64,000 bases of DNA. Origin: an uncultured Desulfatitalea sp. (lineage in GTDB: Bacteria > Desulfobacterota > Desulfobacteria > Desulfobacterales > Desulfosarcinaceae). Below the pieces are notes generated by a model. It saw nothing but the letters and a program-made list of their open reading frames with translations. It was not told the DNA's origin and made no database searches. The DNA lies in assembly GCA_963668675.2 (NCBI GenBank), contig CAXXMB010000002.1, forward strand, positions 800,001 through 864,000. The letters are read 5' to 3'. Below are positions 53,696 to 63,988 of the stretch, one piece after another. The position numbers and the translations under genes were made by a program. The first letter of the stretch is position 1. Every line of letters begins with the position of its first letter.

Positions 53696-54025
53696 CGCCA
53701 ACCCATCCCGGCACCTTACGATGTCGGCAGCACACATGGCAGATCGGCAGATCTCACCAGGCAATGCGCTCCCCCCCTCACGCTTATGCCCGCCGCATCT
53801 GCAACCATGCTTTCCGCACAGGTATCGGACTTTGAAGATATATGACTTCTCATCCAGCATGGCTGCCTCGCTCGCGATTTCTGTTCGCCGGGCCAGCGCT
53901 TTGCCTTCAGCTTCCTTCAAATCCCACCTCGCGATGGAGACCCTTGCCGTTCGGCTGACACTTCCCCCCCCTGTCGGGTGTGTAGAGGACTTGCACTTCA
54001 TGTGGGTGCGCCCTGCCGGGCGCAC
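53696..54025 (-). mobile_element. Group IIC intron, 5' remnant (no RT ORF, no domains V/VI)
   Basis: Starts GTGCGCCCGGCAGGGCG; contains AAGTGCAAGTCC, AGCCGAACGGCAAGG, GAAGGAAGCTGAAGGCAAA, GAGATCTG typical of class C introns; lies 7 nt after a terminator hairpin. Confidence 0.8.
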
Positions 54026-54032
54026 AAACAAG

Positions 54033-54058
54033 AAACCCCCTGCCTTGGCAAGGGGTTT
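54033..54058 (-). terminator. Terminator hairpin serving as group IIC intron target
   Basis: AAACCCCTTGCC-AA-GGCAGGGGGTTT followed by CTTGTTT then GTGCG. Confidence 0.75.
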
Positions 54059-54326
54059 AATATTTCATGGAGGGATGAGGGCTATTTAATCAGATAAGTA
54101 ACGATTCAATATTATTTGATTATTCATGATTCACCCATCTATGTTACCCCAAATATTACCCCCAATTTTTGGGTTCTTCCCTGAATTTTGACAGACCATC
54201 CTTGGGTGACACCGTTCTGGTAATGTTATTTTCATATCTTAGTTTCCAGCTGAACTGGAACACCAATCAGATAACAATAGGGATGGTGTCCGGGTGGTTT
54301 AGTGCAGTCTGTCTAACCTTGAAGGG

Positions 54327-54851
54327 TTAAGATTTATCTTCAATGGCTTTGGCGAAAAGCTGCAGGGTGCGCAATGTATCATCTATGAAATAAATATTTT
54401 GCATTTTGAATAAATGACCGATTTCTCTCAAAATAAGTCTGAAATCCCAAAGAATAATATTGTTGCGGTCTGCTTCCCGCTTAGCATCATCTTCCCATCC
54501 CCAGGAAACTATAATTTTACTATAATTTCCATTCTCAAGTCCATATTCTGATAGTCTTTCAATCACCTCTTTCGAACCAAACTTTCGCTGAACAAAATAG
54601 CCGATAGTTCTTCTTTGGGCTGCTGTTTTTATTCTAATTTTGAGGTCATTTTCACTGAAGGGCTTAGCGGAAAGCTTTGAGTAACTTTTTGAAATGGATA
54701 CTCCAGACTCAATATGGTAACGTTCAAAAGTCTTGGGATCGAACGCAATCAGATCAATCTCGAACTGCCCTTTACACTTGATGTTTGGTATCGTTGCCCA
54801 GCCTTGGACATAACGAACGTAAGCTTCGACTATTTTTTCAGTAGTCTCCAA
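54327..54851 (-). CDS. Hypothetical protein, PD-(D/E)xK nuclease-like
   Basis: E in N-terminal helix, EIDLIAF...YHIES catalytic-like strands, NNIILWDF end typical of restriction-like folds; TTG start; AT-rich. Confidence 0.6.
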   Translation of the reverse strand: METTEKIVEAYVRYVQGWATIPNIKCKGQFEIDLIAFDPKTFERYHIESGVSISKSYSKLSAKPFSENDLKIRIKTAAQRRTIGYFVQRKFGSKEVIERLSEYGLENGNYSKIIVSWGWEDDAKREADRNNIILWDFRLILREIGHLFKMQNIYFIDDTLRTLQLFAKAIEDKS

Positions 54852-54858
54852 TTTGCAC

Positions 54859-55551
54859 CTATGGTCTAGCTTTCATTGCCATTACATTATAGATCGCTGG
54901 TAATGTACTAACTACTCCCTGATCTTCACAACTATCGAGTGTTTGTCCCATGCGATTCTCCCATTCACGAATCTCCCTTGCCATTAACCTAATCACATCC
55001 CCTAAATCTACTGTTTTAAACAAATATTTCCATTCTGCGTTGTCAATAGGGAGAACGATTTCAGGAAAAATAGAGAATAGAATCTTACTTGCACCTACCA
55101 ACCCATAACTCGTCTTACCCATTGTTATAGGAAGCAATTTCTTGAAGGCGGACCAAGTTATTTCAATGGCTCGCTGTAATTGTTCGTCAGTCATAAGGAG
55201 AATTGTCCTTGAACGAGGTGATAAACCCAAATCCTTTAAAAATTGTTTTAACCTGATGAGATCATTGCCAACTGCCTCCCAACAAGCATTCAACTTTGCG
55301 ACCGGACCCAACAGTTGCCCATCATCCCCCACCCTAAGTCCCTTAAAAGGACCTTGTCTCGTCATCTTAAAATTATTCAAAAGCCTCGCTGCATTGCCCA
55401 TGAAAAAATTCTTATCAAGGGATAGTGTTTCAGTGGTCGCGATAATTTTGCGGACATTGACGGTATAGCTTGATCCAAACGCATGAATTGCTTTTGTGAT
55501 ATTTTTACAGGAGATGGGCTGATCATGCTGAAATAATATTTGAAATTTCAT
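54859..55551 (-). CDS. Hypothetical protein with HhH-glycosylase-like motif
   Basis: GLVGASKILFSIFPEIVLPIDN; AT-rich; start uncertain (55551/55560). Confidence 0.55.
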   Translation of the reverse strand: MKFQILFQHDQPISCKNITKAIHAFGSSYTVNVRKIIATTETLSLDKNFFMGNAARLLNNFKMTRQGPFKGLRVGDDGQLLGPVAKLNACWEAVGNDLIRLKQFLKDLGLSPRSRTILLMTDEQLQRAIEITWSAFKKLLPITMGKTSYGLVGASKILFSIFPEIVLPIDNAEWKYLFKTVDLGDVIRLMAREIREWENRMGQTLDSCEDQGVVSTLPAIYNVMAMKARP

Positions 55552-55694
55552 TGATATCATCCCATCAAGAAAGAAGGATAAATTATGGCTGCCTGTTTCC
55601 AAGCAAGCCAATAAATTGTTAAAAGCGGTATCAAGTCTCTGCTGTCGCTAACATAATCGCCTTTTTGAATTCCAAAACGAAACCGGGCGAAGGA

Positions 55695-58600
55695 TTATTC
55701 TCTGGTCCAGTCATACGACAACCTTTCCGCCTGCTCCAGCACCATATCAATGGCTTCCTGCTGCTTGTCAGGTGGGTATCTGTATTTTTTCAAGAGTCGC
55801 CGGATCATGTTACGCATTTTGGCTCGAACGTTGTCCCGAACCTGCCAGTCAATGGTTGTGCTGGCGCGCAACTTTTCGGTGAGTTCCTGGGCGATTTTTT
55901 TTAAGATTTCATCGCCCAGCTCTCGCACGGCGCTTTCGTTGTTGGCCAGGGCATCATAAAAGGCGATTTCATCGGGAGACAGGCCCAGCGCTTCATCCCG
56001 TTTCATCGCCTCCTGAAAATCCTTGGCCATCTGGATCAGCTCTTCAATCACCTGGGCGGTCTCGATGGCGCGGTTGTGATATTTTCGCAGGGTCGCAAGA
56101 AGCCTTTCTCCGTATTTGATCTCCTGGACTACATTGTTGCGCGTGCGCGCCTTGACCGCATCCCGTAAAAGCCGCTCCAGCAACTCCACCGCAAGGTTCT
56201 TGCTTTGCATCTGCCGCACGTCTTCCAGGAATTCATCGGACAGCAGGCTGATGTTGGGTTTGTCCAGACCGGCCAGGGCGAAAATGTCGGCCACGCCGTC
56301 GGCAATCACCGCATTGTCCAGGATCTGCTTTAGGGCTGTATTTTTTTCCTCTTCGGCGCGTTTTTTGTCGATGGTGGTGTGTTTGATGATGGCCGCTTTG
56401 ATGGCGGAAAAAAAGGCGATCTCTTTGTTGAGCTGGGCCGCTGCATCCAGGGTGCTGCATAGGCTGAAGGCCCGCGTAATGGCCGTCACAGCATCCAGGA
56501 ACCGCTTTTTGCCGTCCTCAAGACCCAAGATATGGTTGGCGGCCAGGGGTAATATCATGGCGGCGTTGGTTTGGTAGTCACTATAATCAAAGCCGTGAAA
56601 CATAGCCCGCACCACCTCCATCTTTTCCAGGAGCACGGCCAGGGCCTCTTCGGCCGGTAAATTGGGCCGCCCCTTACCTTTGGCGTCGGTATAGTCCTTC
56701 AGCGCTTTTTTCAACTCACTGCCGATGCCGATGTAATCCACCACCAGACCGCCGGGCTTGTCCTTAAACACCCGGTTTACCCGGGCAATGGCCTGCATCA
56801 GGTTATGGCCGCGCATGGGTTTGTCCACGTACATGGTATGGCAGCAGGGTGCATCAAAACCGGTCAGCCACATGTCCCGCACAATCACCAGATTCAGTGG
56901 GTCGTCGGCATCCTTGAAGCGTTTTTCCAGTCGCTTTTTGGTCAGATGACTGTAAACATGATCCTGGATGTGCGCTTTGTCGGCCGCCGATCCGGTCATC
57001 ACAATTTTGATGGCCCCCTTTTCCGGGTCGGCATCGTGCCATTGGGGCCGTAAGGTTTTGATCTCATCGTAGAGCTGAACGCAGATCTCCCGGCTCATGC
57101 ACACGATCATCGCCTTGCCCGGAATCACGGCATCCCGGGCTTCATAGTGGTTTACCAAATCCCCGGCCACCTCTTTTAAGCGGGGCTGGGCGCCCACCAG
57201 TTTTTCCAGGGCCGCCCACCGGCTTTTGGTGTGCTCTCTTTTGGAGATCTCCTCCTCATCCTCGATGATATCCTCGACCTCTTGGTTGAGCGCTTCAATG
57301 GCTTCACGGTTGATATCCAGTTTGGCTAACCGGGATTCATAGTAGATGGGCACCGTGGCGCCGTCTTCCACCGCGTCCTGGATATCATAGATGGAAACAT
57401 ACTCACCAAATACCGCCCGGGTATCCTTATCATCTCGGGAGATCGGTGTGCCGGTAAAGCCGATAAAGGAGGCATTGGGAATGGCATCGCGCATATGTTT
57501 GGCATAGCCGAAAATGTATTTGCCGCTTTTAGTATCCAGGCGGGCCGTCAAACCATACTGACTGCGGTGGGCCTCGTCGCTGATCACCACAATATTGTGG
57601 CGCGCGCTCAAACAGGGGTGAACCTCTTCACCGTTTAACAGGGAAAACTTTTGCACTGTGGTAAAAATGATGCCGCCCGCCTGTCGTGCGGCCAGCATCT
57701 CGCGCAACTCATCTCGGCTGCCTGCCTGAACAGGCGTCTGCCGCAACAGCTCCCGGGCATTGTTAAACGTATTAAAAAGCTGGCCGTCCAAATCGTTGCG
57801 ATCCGTCACCACCACAAGGGTGGGGTTGTTCATCTCCGGCTGCTGCAGCAGTTTGCCCGCATAACAACACATGGAAATACTCTTGCCCGAGCCCTGAGTG
57901 TGCCACACCACGCCCGCCTTGCCGGACCCCGGCACCACCTCCCGGCCATAGGTGGCCCTTGGCTCGCCTGCTTCAAAACCGTCCGGCTGCTGCGAGGCGA
58001 TCACCGTCACCCGCACGGCCTCGCGCACCGCATGAAACTGGTGGTATCCGGCGATCTTTTTGATCACTTTGTCGCCATCCTGCTCAAAGATCACAAAGTA
58101 GCGCAGATAATCCAGCAACAGCGCCGGGTCGAAAAAACCCTTTACTACTTTTTCCAGCTCATATTCCATGAGCGGCTTGTCGTCTTCGTGCTTGAGGGTG
58201 CGCCACGGCATGAACCACTCTTTACTGGCGGTCAAAGACCCCATCCGGGCTGTCCAGCCGTCACTGATTACCAGGGCTTCATTAAACACAAACAGGTCGG
58301 AGATCTCATCTTTATAGGTCTGCAGCTGATTGTAGGCATCCCACACATCGGTCTGCACATTGCTCGGATTTTTCAGTTCGATCACCGCAATGGGCAGGCC
58401 GTTGATAAACACCACCACATCGGGCCGCCGGTTCATCTTAATGCCCTGGATGGTGAACTGGTTGACCACCAGAAACTGGTTGTTGTGAACGTCGGAAAAG
58501 TCGATCAACCGGGCATGGTCGGTCTGGGTGTCGTCGCCGTCTGAATATTCCACGGGCACGCCTTCCAGTAACAGCCGGTGAAACTTGCGATTGTTATGGA

Positions 58601-58841
58601 TCAGCACCGGGGTTTCGGGTTTGGTTATGGCAATGGCGGCCTCTTCCAGAACAGCCAGGGGAATGTGGGGATTGATCCTTTGCATGGCGGAGAGCAACCG
58701 ATTTGTTAACGCTACCTGTAGGTAATCCGCTCTTTCAGGTGTTTCACCATCATGGGCGATGTCCGGTCCAAAGGCGTATTCATAGCCGCCTTCTCGGAAC
58801 CATTCCAGACAGATTTGTTCAAGTTGGTCTTCGGTTATCAA
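55695..58841 (-). CDS. hsdR: Type I restriction enzyme R subunit
   Basis: [19 protein letters not shown] nuclease, [45 protein letters not shown] start overlapping upstream stop. Confidence 0.97.
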   Translation of the reverse strand: MITEDQLEQICLEWFREGGYEYAFGPDIAHDGETPERADYLQVALTNRLLSAMQRINPHIPLAVLEEAAIAITKPETPVLIHNNRKFHRLLLEGVPVEYSDGDDTQTDHARLIDFSDVHNNQFLVVNQFTIQGIKMNRRPDVVVFINGLPIAVIELKNPSNVQTDVWDAYNQLQTYKDEISDLFVFNEALVISDGWTARMGSLTASKEWFMPWRTLKHEDDKPLMEYELEKVVKGFFDPALLLDYLRYFVIFEQDGDKVIKKIAGYHQFHAVREAVRVTVIASQQPDGFEAGEPRATYGREVVPGSGKAGVVWHTQGSGKSISMCCYAGKLLQQPEMNNPTLVVVTDRNDLDGQLFNTFNNARELLRQTPVQAGSRDELREMLAARQAGGIIFTTVQKFSLLNGEEVHPCLSARHNIVVISDEAHRSQYGLTARLDTKSGKYIFGYAKHMRDAIPNASFIGFTGTPISRDDKDTRAVFGEYVSIYDIQDAVEDGATVPIYYESRLAKLDINREAIEALNQEVEDIIEDEEEISKREHTKSRWAALEKLVGAQPRLKEVAGDLVNHYEARDAVIPGKAMIVCMSREICVQLYDEIKTLRPQWHDADPEKGAIKIVMTGSAADKAHIQDHVYSHLTKKRLEKRFKDADDPLNLVIVRDMWLTGFDAPCCHTMYVDKPMRGHNLMQAIARVNRVFKDKPGGLVVDYIGIGSELKKALKDYTDAKGKGRPNLPAEEALAVLLEKMEVVRAMFHGFDYSDYQTNAAMILPLAANHILGLEDGKKRFLDAVTAITRAFSLCSTLDAAAQLNKEIAFFSAIKAAIIKHTTIDKKRAEEEKNTALKQILDNAVIADGVADIFALAGLDKPNISLLSDEFLEDVRQMQSKNLAVELLERLLRDAVKARTRNNVVQEIKYGERLLATLRKYHNRAIETAQVIEELIQMAKDFQEAMKRDEALGLSPDEIAFYDALANNESAVRELGDEILKKIAQELTEKLRASTTIDWQVRDNVRAKMRNMIRRLLKKYRYPPDKQQEAIDMVLEQAERLSYDWTRE

Positions 58842-60079
58842 TTCTCATCTCCAGGTTGCTCAACAACACTTTCAATCAATTTCTCAACCACCTGATCCCT
58901 TATTGTAACCGGATAGCCATATTTCCGCAAAATCACCCGTGCAACATTACGCAGCTTGGCCTGGATAGCATCCCGGCTTTCCCAGTCCACCACCTTATGT
59001 TTTTCAAATTCCTTGCTGAGCTGCTTGGCAATGAGTTGAATACGGCCAGGCTCGACCTGGGAACTTTCCTCCGGCTCTCCCAATATCGCAACCAACTGTC
59101 CAACTTCATCTAGGTCTTCAGCCTTATCGACAACTATTTCGGCATGATGACCGGTAACACTGATGGTGGAAGATTCAACTTGAATTACGGTTTCGGTTTT
59201 CTTTTCGGCCTCAACGATAGCCTGTTCTCTATGCTCCTCTTCCATTAAGAGATTGCAGTAGTCCGATGCCCCCAGAAGATCCGGGAAAAGGCTGGCATGA
59301 TGTACATTCATGCGCCGGAGACTCCGTAGACAACCTTCCCGGTCTTCGTTCTTGATGTAGATTTTACAGATATAGCGGGCCAGCACATCCGCCTCTGACT
59401 CTTCCACCGCCTCTTTGAATTCATCAAAGTCGGAGATGGTTTCGATGAGTTTGTTTTCAATGGTCGCGTCGGTGGGGGAAAAGGTAAAAAGACCGGCCTG
59501 GTTCACCAGGCGGCCATGATCGTCTTTGCGGGGTTCAAGCAGCCTAATGTCCGGGCATTGGTCATCATCGGCCACAAAGGATTTGTTGAGGACGTATACA
59601 GCACGATAGGGATTGTCTTCTTCTCCCTGTTGATCCTCCTTGGCAAAGGCAAAAAACAGGGCCACATAGGGGGAATAGGTCCAGTCCAGCAATGGTGTCA
59701 TCAGGCCGTGATGCTGGCCGATGGACCAGAGTTCATCCTCCTGCTCAACCTCAACCAGAAGAGAGGTATCTTTCAACCTGCCACGCACCGCCCGTCTGAA
59801 AAGATCAAGCTGTCTACTTGAAAGCTCTTCGCTGACAATGCCGTTTTCCGTCAATCGACCAAGGGTGGGGAGCAAACTCCAATCATAGCGCCGATGCCCG
59901 CGAAAAATAAACTGGACACCATTGGTGTTGAAGAAGTCGCTTTCCAGCAAATCGGAAAAATCCTGCCAGCGTTCAAGTCTGGTCACAGGAATGCGCCCGC
60001 TCAAGTGGTCTGCCAGAACCTCGAAACATTTCCCGTCCGCTTGCCAGAGCGGTATGCTGTCCCAATATGTACTATCCAT
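58838..60079 (-). CDS. FRG-domain protein with C-terminal HsdR-CTD-like domain
   Basis: [46 protein letters not shown]-terminus aligns ungapped with the HsdR C-terminus. Confidence 0.88.
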   Translation of the reverse strand: MDSTYWDSIPLWQADGKCFEVLADHLSGRIPVTRLERWQDFSDLLESDFFNTNGVQFIFRGHRRYDWSLLPTLGRLTENGIVSEELSSRQLDLFRRAVRGRLKDTSLLVEVEQEDELWSIGQHHGLMTPLLDWTYSPYVALFFAFAKEDQQGEEDNPYRAVYVLNKSFVADDDQCPDIRLLEPRKDDHGRLVNQAGLFTFSPTDATIENKLIETISDFDEFKEAVEESEADVLARYICKIYIKNEDREGCLRSLRRMNVHHASLFPDLLGASDYCNLLMEEEHREQAIVEAEKKTETVIQVESSTISVTGHHAEIVVDKAEDLDEVGQLVAILGEPEESSQVEPGRIQLIAKQLSKEFEKHKVVDWESRDAIQAKLRNVARVILRKYGYPVTIRDQVVEKLIESVVEQPGDEN

Positions 60080-60088
60080 GATTCACCA

Positions 60089-61498
60089 TTAGGCCACCTG
60101 GCTCAGATCTATTTCGCCGGAGAGGAGTTTGGGGAGGAGGGTGTCACGTATTTGGGATAACGAAACATTCTGTATTACGTTTTGTTGTCTTTGTTTTAAA
60201 ATAGGAGAAACCATGTTTTCAAAAGTCTCTATCATTCTGTTTCCACCATAAACAAAACGTAACTTTGGAATACTTTTTACATTCAATGCGTTAAGTATGG
60301 TTCCTATGTCGGTGCGATATTCAATTTCTCTCCTCATGTATTTGCTCGATAACAGCGTTATCAAAAAGGCTGCACAGGGGAATTTATCTTTTAGTCGGAC
60401 TGCTGTCATATTCCTTCCAATTGCAGCCCGAACACCCTTAGGAATTATTGCAACATCTCCAACTCTTCCAACATTAGTGATCACACAATCTCCATCACTT
60501 ACTTCTATTCTGGAAATCCACTTTTTGTAATCTTCCTCAGAGATAAAAAAAGTATCATCCAGATAGAGTAGGCCATCGTTTCCAATATTGTTGAGTTGCA
60601 ACAAGATCCTGTCAGTTTTGTCTTTGGCTGCTTTGGGTTTTTTCGAGTGTAGACAGTCAATGATATCAGCAATCGTTCCGATGTTGAATACTCCCCACCC
60701 CCTCGGAATCAACCCCAGTTCTGACTCCTCCAATTCATCAGGAAAAAGGCCAGCGGTTGCGGCGAGTTGTTTGTGCTGGTTTGGGGAGAGCTGGTCAAGC
60801 TCAGCGTCGGTTTTGCCGCTGATGGCGCACATGGCGGCGCGTTGCGGGTCCCGGCCGTTATGTTTGGCCACGATCTTGGCCTTGGCCGGATCGAAATCCA
60901 CAAACCAGGATTTGAAAATGGCCTGGGCGATCTGTTCGAGGGTTTGGTTGATTTGGCGGTTGAGTTCAATCTTGTCGTCCATTGCTTCTAGGATATCAGC
61001 AATTGTTATACTCGCAGAGTAGGATACCTTCGGAACAGGCAAAGATTCTATTGTTTTACCGCTAATATTAGCTTGGTTGGCACTACCAGTCGAATTATAA
61101 ACGAGATAATCTTTAGCATTTTTTGTCGATAACAAGTAATATAGATATCGCAAATCAATGCTGCCTTTTTCTCTCAGGACAAGTCTGCCCACACGTTGAT
61201 TTATAACTGCTAATGGGTCGTTTTTACTTACCTTTGCAACCCTGCCTACCACAGATGCCGGTTGGCTTGGTCCTGAGCCAGTCATCGAAATTAAAACATC
61301 GCCTGGCCGTGTGAGAAAATCTTTGGTTGCATTAACGAGCTCGTCATTCACACAAGAATAATCATCGAATAGGAGACGCCCTTGTCCAACATTTTTTATC
61401 TTAATAACAGGAGTGCCTGCTTCTTTGAAATCCTTACTTTTATAAGCAAAGCCCCCCTGGACCTTTGCGAAATATCCTATTGTTAAATCAGCACTCAT
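60089..61498 (-). CDS. hsdS: Type I RM specificity subunit
   Basis: Two TRDs, central conserved DDKIELNRQINQTLEQIAQAIFKSWFVDF, IPRGW, terminal RDTLLPKLLSGEI; start overlaps hsdM stop. Confidence 0.95.
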   Translation of the reverse strand: MSADLTIGYFAKVQGGFAYKSKDFKEAGTPVIKIKNVGQGRLLFDDYSCVNDELVNATKDFLTRPGDVLISMTGSGPSQPASVVGRVAKVSKNDPLAVINQRVGRLVLREKGSIDLRYLYYLLSTKNAKDYLVYNSTGSANQANISGKTIESLPVPKVSYSASITIADILEAMDDKIELNRQINQTLEQIAQAIFKSWFVDFDPAKAKIVAKHNGRDPQRAAMCAISGKTDAELDQLSPNQHKQLAATAGLFPDELEESELGLIPRGWGVFNIGTIADIIDCLHSKKPKAAKDKTDRILLQLNNIGNDGLLYLDDTFFISEEDYKKWISRIEVSDGDCVITNVGRVGDVAIIPKGVRAAIGRNMTAVRLKDKFPCAAFLITLLSSKYMRREIEYRTDIGTILNALNVKSIPKLRFVYGGNRMIETFENMVSPILKQRQQNVIQNVSLSQIRDTLLPKLLSGEIDLSQVA

Positions 61499-63146
61499 AA
61501 CCCAACCCCGCCAAACTCTCCTTAATTCTCTCTTCCAATTGTGCACTTTCCTCAAACTGCTCCTTAAGCTGAGCCGTCAGCCGCTCCATCTTCTCAGAAA
61601 AAGGCTCACCGTCATCTTCTTCATCAGCAGCACCCACATAGCGCCCAGGCGTCAACACATGATCATGTTTGGCGATCTCTTCCAGGGTGGCGGACTTACA
61701 GAATCCGGCAACATCTTCATAGCCGTCTTTTTTCTTCCAGGCATCAAACACCCCGGCGATCTTTTCGATGTCTTCCGGCTTGAAATCCCGCAACACCCGG
61801 TCTTTCATGTAGCCCATGTTGCGGGCGTCGATAAAAAGCACCTCACCCGACCGGTCCCGAAAGCCGTTGCGCTCTTTTTTGTTGCGGGTCAGAAACCAGA
61901 TGCAGGCCGGAATCTGGGTGTTGGTGAAGAGTTGTCCGGGCAGGGCCACCATGCACTCCACCCGATCGCTTTCCACCAGAGCCTTGCGGATGGCCCCTTC
62001 GGTGTTGGTGTTGGAGCTCATGGAGCCGTTGGCCAGCAGCAGGCCCATGCTGCCGTTGGGGGCCAGATGGTAAAACATGTGCTGGAGCCAGGCAAAGTTG
62101 GCGTTGCCGGACGGCGGGCGGCCGAACTGCCAGCGCGGGTCGTCGTCGCTGACATTGCTGTCCCACTCCTTCATGTTAAAGGGCGGGTTGGCCATGATAT
62201 AGTCGGCCCGCAGGTCCGGGTGTTGATCATTGCCGAAGGTGTCGGCCGGCTCCTTGCCGAAGTTAAAGTCCAGCCCCCGGATCACCATGTTCATGGCCGC
62301 CAGTTGCCAGGTGGTGTGGTTGTACTCCTGACCGTAAATGGAGACATTGCCGATTTTGCCGCCATAGGTCTTGATAAATTGTTCACTCTGCACGAAAAAG
62401 CCGCCCGAGCCCATGGCCGGGTCGTACACCCGCCCTGAAAAGGGCTGAAGCATCTCCACGATCAGCCGGACAATGGCCTTGGGGGTGTAATACTGACCGC
62501 CTTTTTTGCCTTCGGCCAGGGCGAACTGGCCCAGGAAATACTCATACACATGCCCCAGAATGTCCTTGGACTGCAATGTCGCATGGCTGAAGGGAATTTC
62601 TGCGATCAAGTTAATCAATTCGATGAGCTTGGCCTGGTCGATCTGCAACCGGCCGTACTGCTTGTTGAGGATGCCTTTGAGCTTGGGATTGTCCTTTTCA
62701 ATGGCATCCAGGGCATCGTCGATCAACCGGCCCACACTGCGGAAGGTGTAAGTGTATTTTTTGCCGTTTTTGATCTCAATCTCGGTGCCCGGCGCCAAAG
62801 GAGCATTGTCCTGCAACGTCTGCCAACGCCCCAACTGAGGCACCCAGAAAACGTTCTTTTCCGTGTAATAGTCGCGCTCCTCCAGTTCATCGAGAATTTC
62901 AGCCTGATAGGCTTCTTCGGAGTCGTAATCATCCGGATCAAGAAAATAGTCGTGATCCGGATCTTTAAATTGTTCAATCAGCTCCTGCCGTCGAATATCA
63001 AAGGCATCGGAAACATACTTAACAAACAACAACCCCAACACCGCATGTTTATACTGGGCCGCATCCAACGTAGAGCGCAACTTATCCGCCGCGTTCCATA
63101 ACTTTTTATCCAGATCGTTGAGAAACTTCTGTTCTTTATCGGGCAT
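61488..63146 (-). CDS. hsdM: Type I RM N6-adenine methyltransferase subunit
   Basis: LWNAADKLR, GQYYTP, YDPAMGSGG (motif I), ANPPFN (motif IV), LTPGRYVG. Confidence 0.97.
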   Translation of the reverse strand: MPDKEQKFLNDLDKKLWNAADKLRSTLDAAQYKHAVLGLLFVKYVSDAFDIRRQELIEQFKDPDHDYFLDPDDYDSEEAYQAEILDELEERDYYTEKNVFWVPQLGRWQTLQDNAPLAPGTEIEIKNGKKYTYTFRSVGRLIDDALDAIEKDNPKLKGILNKQYGRLQIDQAKLIELINLIAEIPFSHATLQSKDILGHVYEYFLGQFALAEGKKGGQYYTPKAIVRLIVEMLQPFSGRVYDPAMGSGGFFVQSEQFIKTYGGKIGNVSIYGQEYNHTTWQLAAMNMVIRGLDFNFGKEPADTFGNDQHPDLRADYIMANPPFNMKEWDSNVSDDDPRWQFGRPPSGNANFAWLQHMFYHLAPNGSMGLLLANGSMSSNTNTEGAIRKALVESDRVECMVALPGQLFTNTQIPACIWFLTRNKKERNGFRDRSGEVLFIDARNMGYMKDRVLRDFKPEDIEKIAGVFDAWKKKDGYEDVAGFCKSATLEEIAKHDHVLTPGRYVGAADEEDDGEPFSEKMERLTAQLKEQFEESAQLEERIKESLAGLGYEC

Positions 63147-63799
63147 GTGATTTCCTTTTTGGTCCTATATGGTTACCTTGCAATCAATTAGTACATATTT
63201 AATCCAACTAAAGTGCCAGTGATTGGCAATCTTCAGATAAGTATTTTTTCCTTTTCCTGAGTCAACGTTAATTGGATATACAAGTATGAATTATTAACTC
63301 TTCAACAACTATCAATTGGCCCAGAATCTCGATCTGTAAAAACCTTTTAATGTTTGAAGGTTTAGAACATTTTTAACAATTTCTGGACGGTATGGTCAAG
63401 CGATGGATATCACCCTTTTTGGTGCAATGGCAAAAGGATAAGCTTCAGTCGTTTGTCTGTGTTGTGATCCCTGAAAAACCTTAGTTCACAATTAGTTCGC
63501 GGGGGTGCGCACTATGTTGCGTACTATTGCCTTTTCTCACCATTCATATGTATATGTAAATTTTGAATAAAAGCATTCTCCTATAACGCGCGCGCGTGCG
63601 CGCGTTGTGATGTGCGGAAAACCTTCATTCTTTGTCCTTTTCACCTAAGCCGGGCCCCCATATGTCCTGATCGCAATCCCCCTTTTCGCCAAACGATTGA
63701 AAGTCTTGTACTGCGCTAATTTCCAACAATTGACAACTTTGATTGATAAAAATTGGAAGACACTCTGGATAGCAAAAAAACAAGGAAAAACAAAGGAGT

Positions 63800-63988
63800 G
63801 TTGCTCATGCACTGAATCACAGACCCCGACGCAGTCTGTCAGGGAACAATACATGCAGGGCATATTATGGTTCAATCAAACTGCGATATAGGAAACGCAG
63901 GGAAAAGGAGGCATATGAGTGGATCCGGGAGTTGGACGTTGACATATCATCCTCCTCCGGTAAAAATGAAATCGACCCTTTAATCTAG
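63800..63988 (+). pseudogene. Possible transposase (integrase-core C-terminal) remnant
   Basis: Manual translation VAHALNHRPRRSLSGNNTCRAYYG...; LNHRPRRSL resembles the LNxRPRxxL motif after the DDE core of IS30/IS481-type transposases; no start codon, no IRs seen. Confidence 0.35.

Noticed and set aside
53651..54089. ORFs 53651-54031 (-) and 53721-54089 (+)
   Set aside because: They lie on the group II intron RNA remnant; no protein motifs.
54311..54332. attC-like TCTTAAC...GTTAGAC at the end of the nuclease-like gene
   Set aside because: Only 8 nt between the boxes, far too short for an attC.
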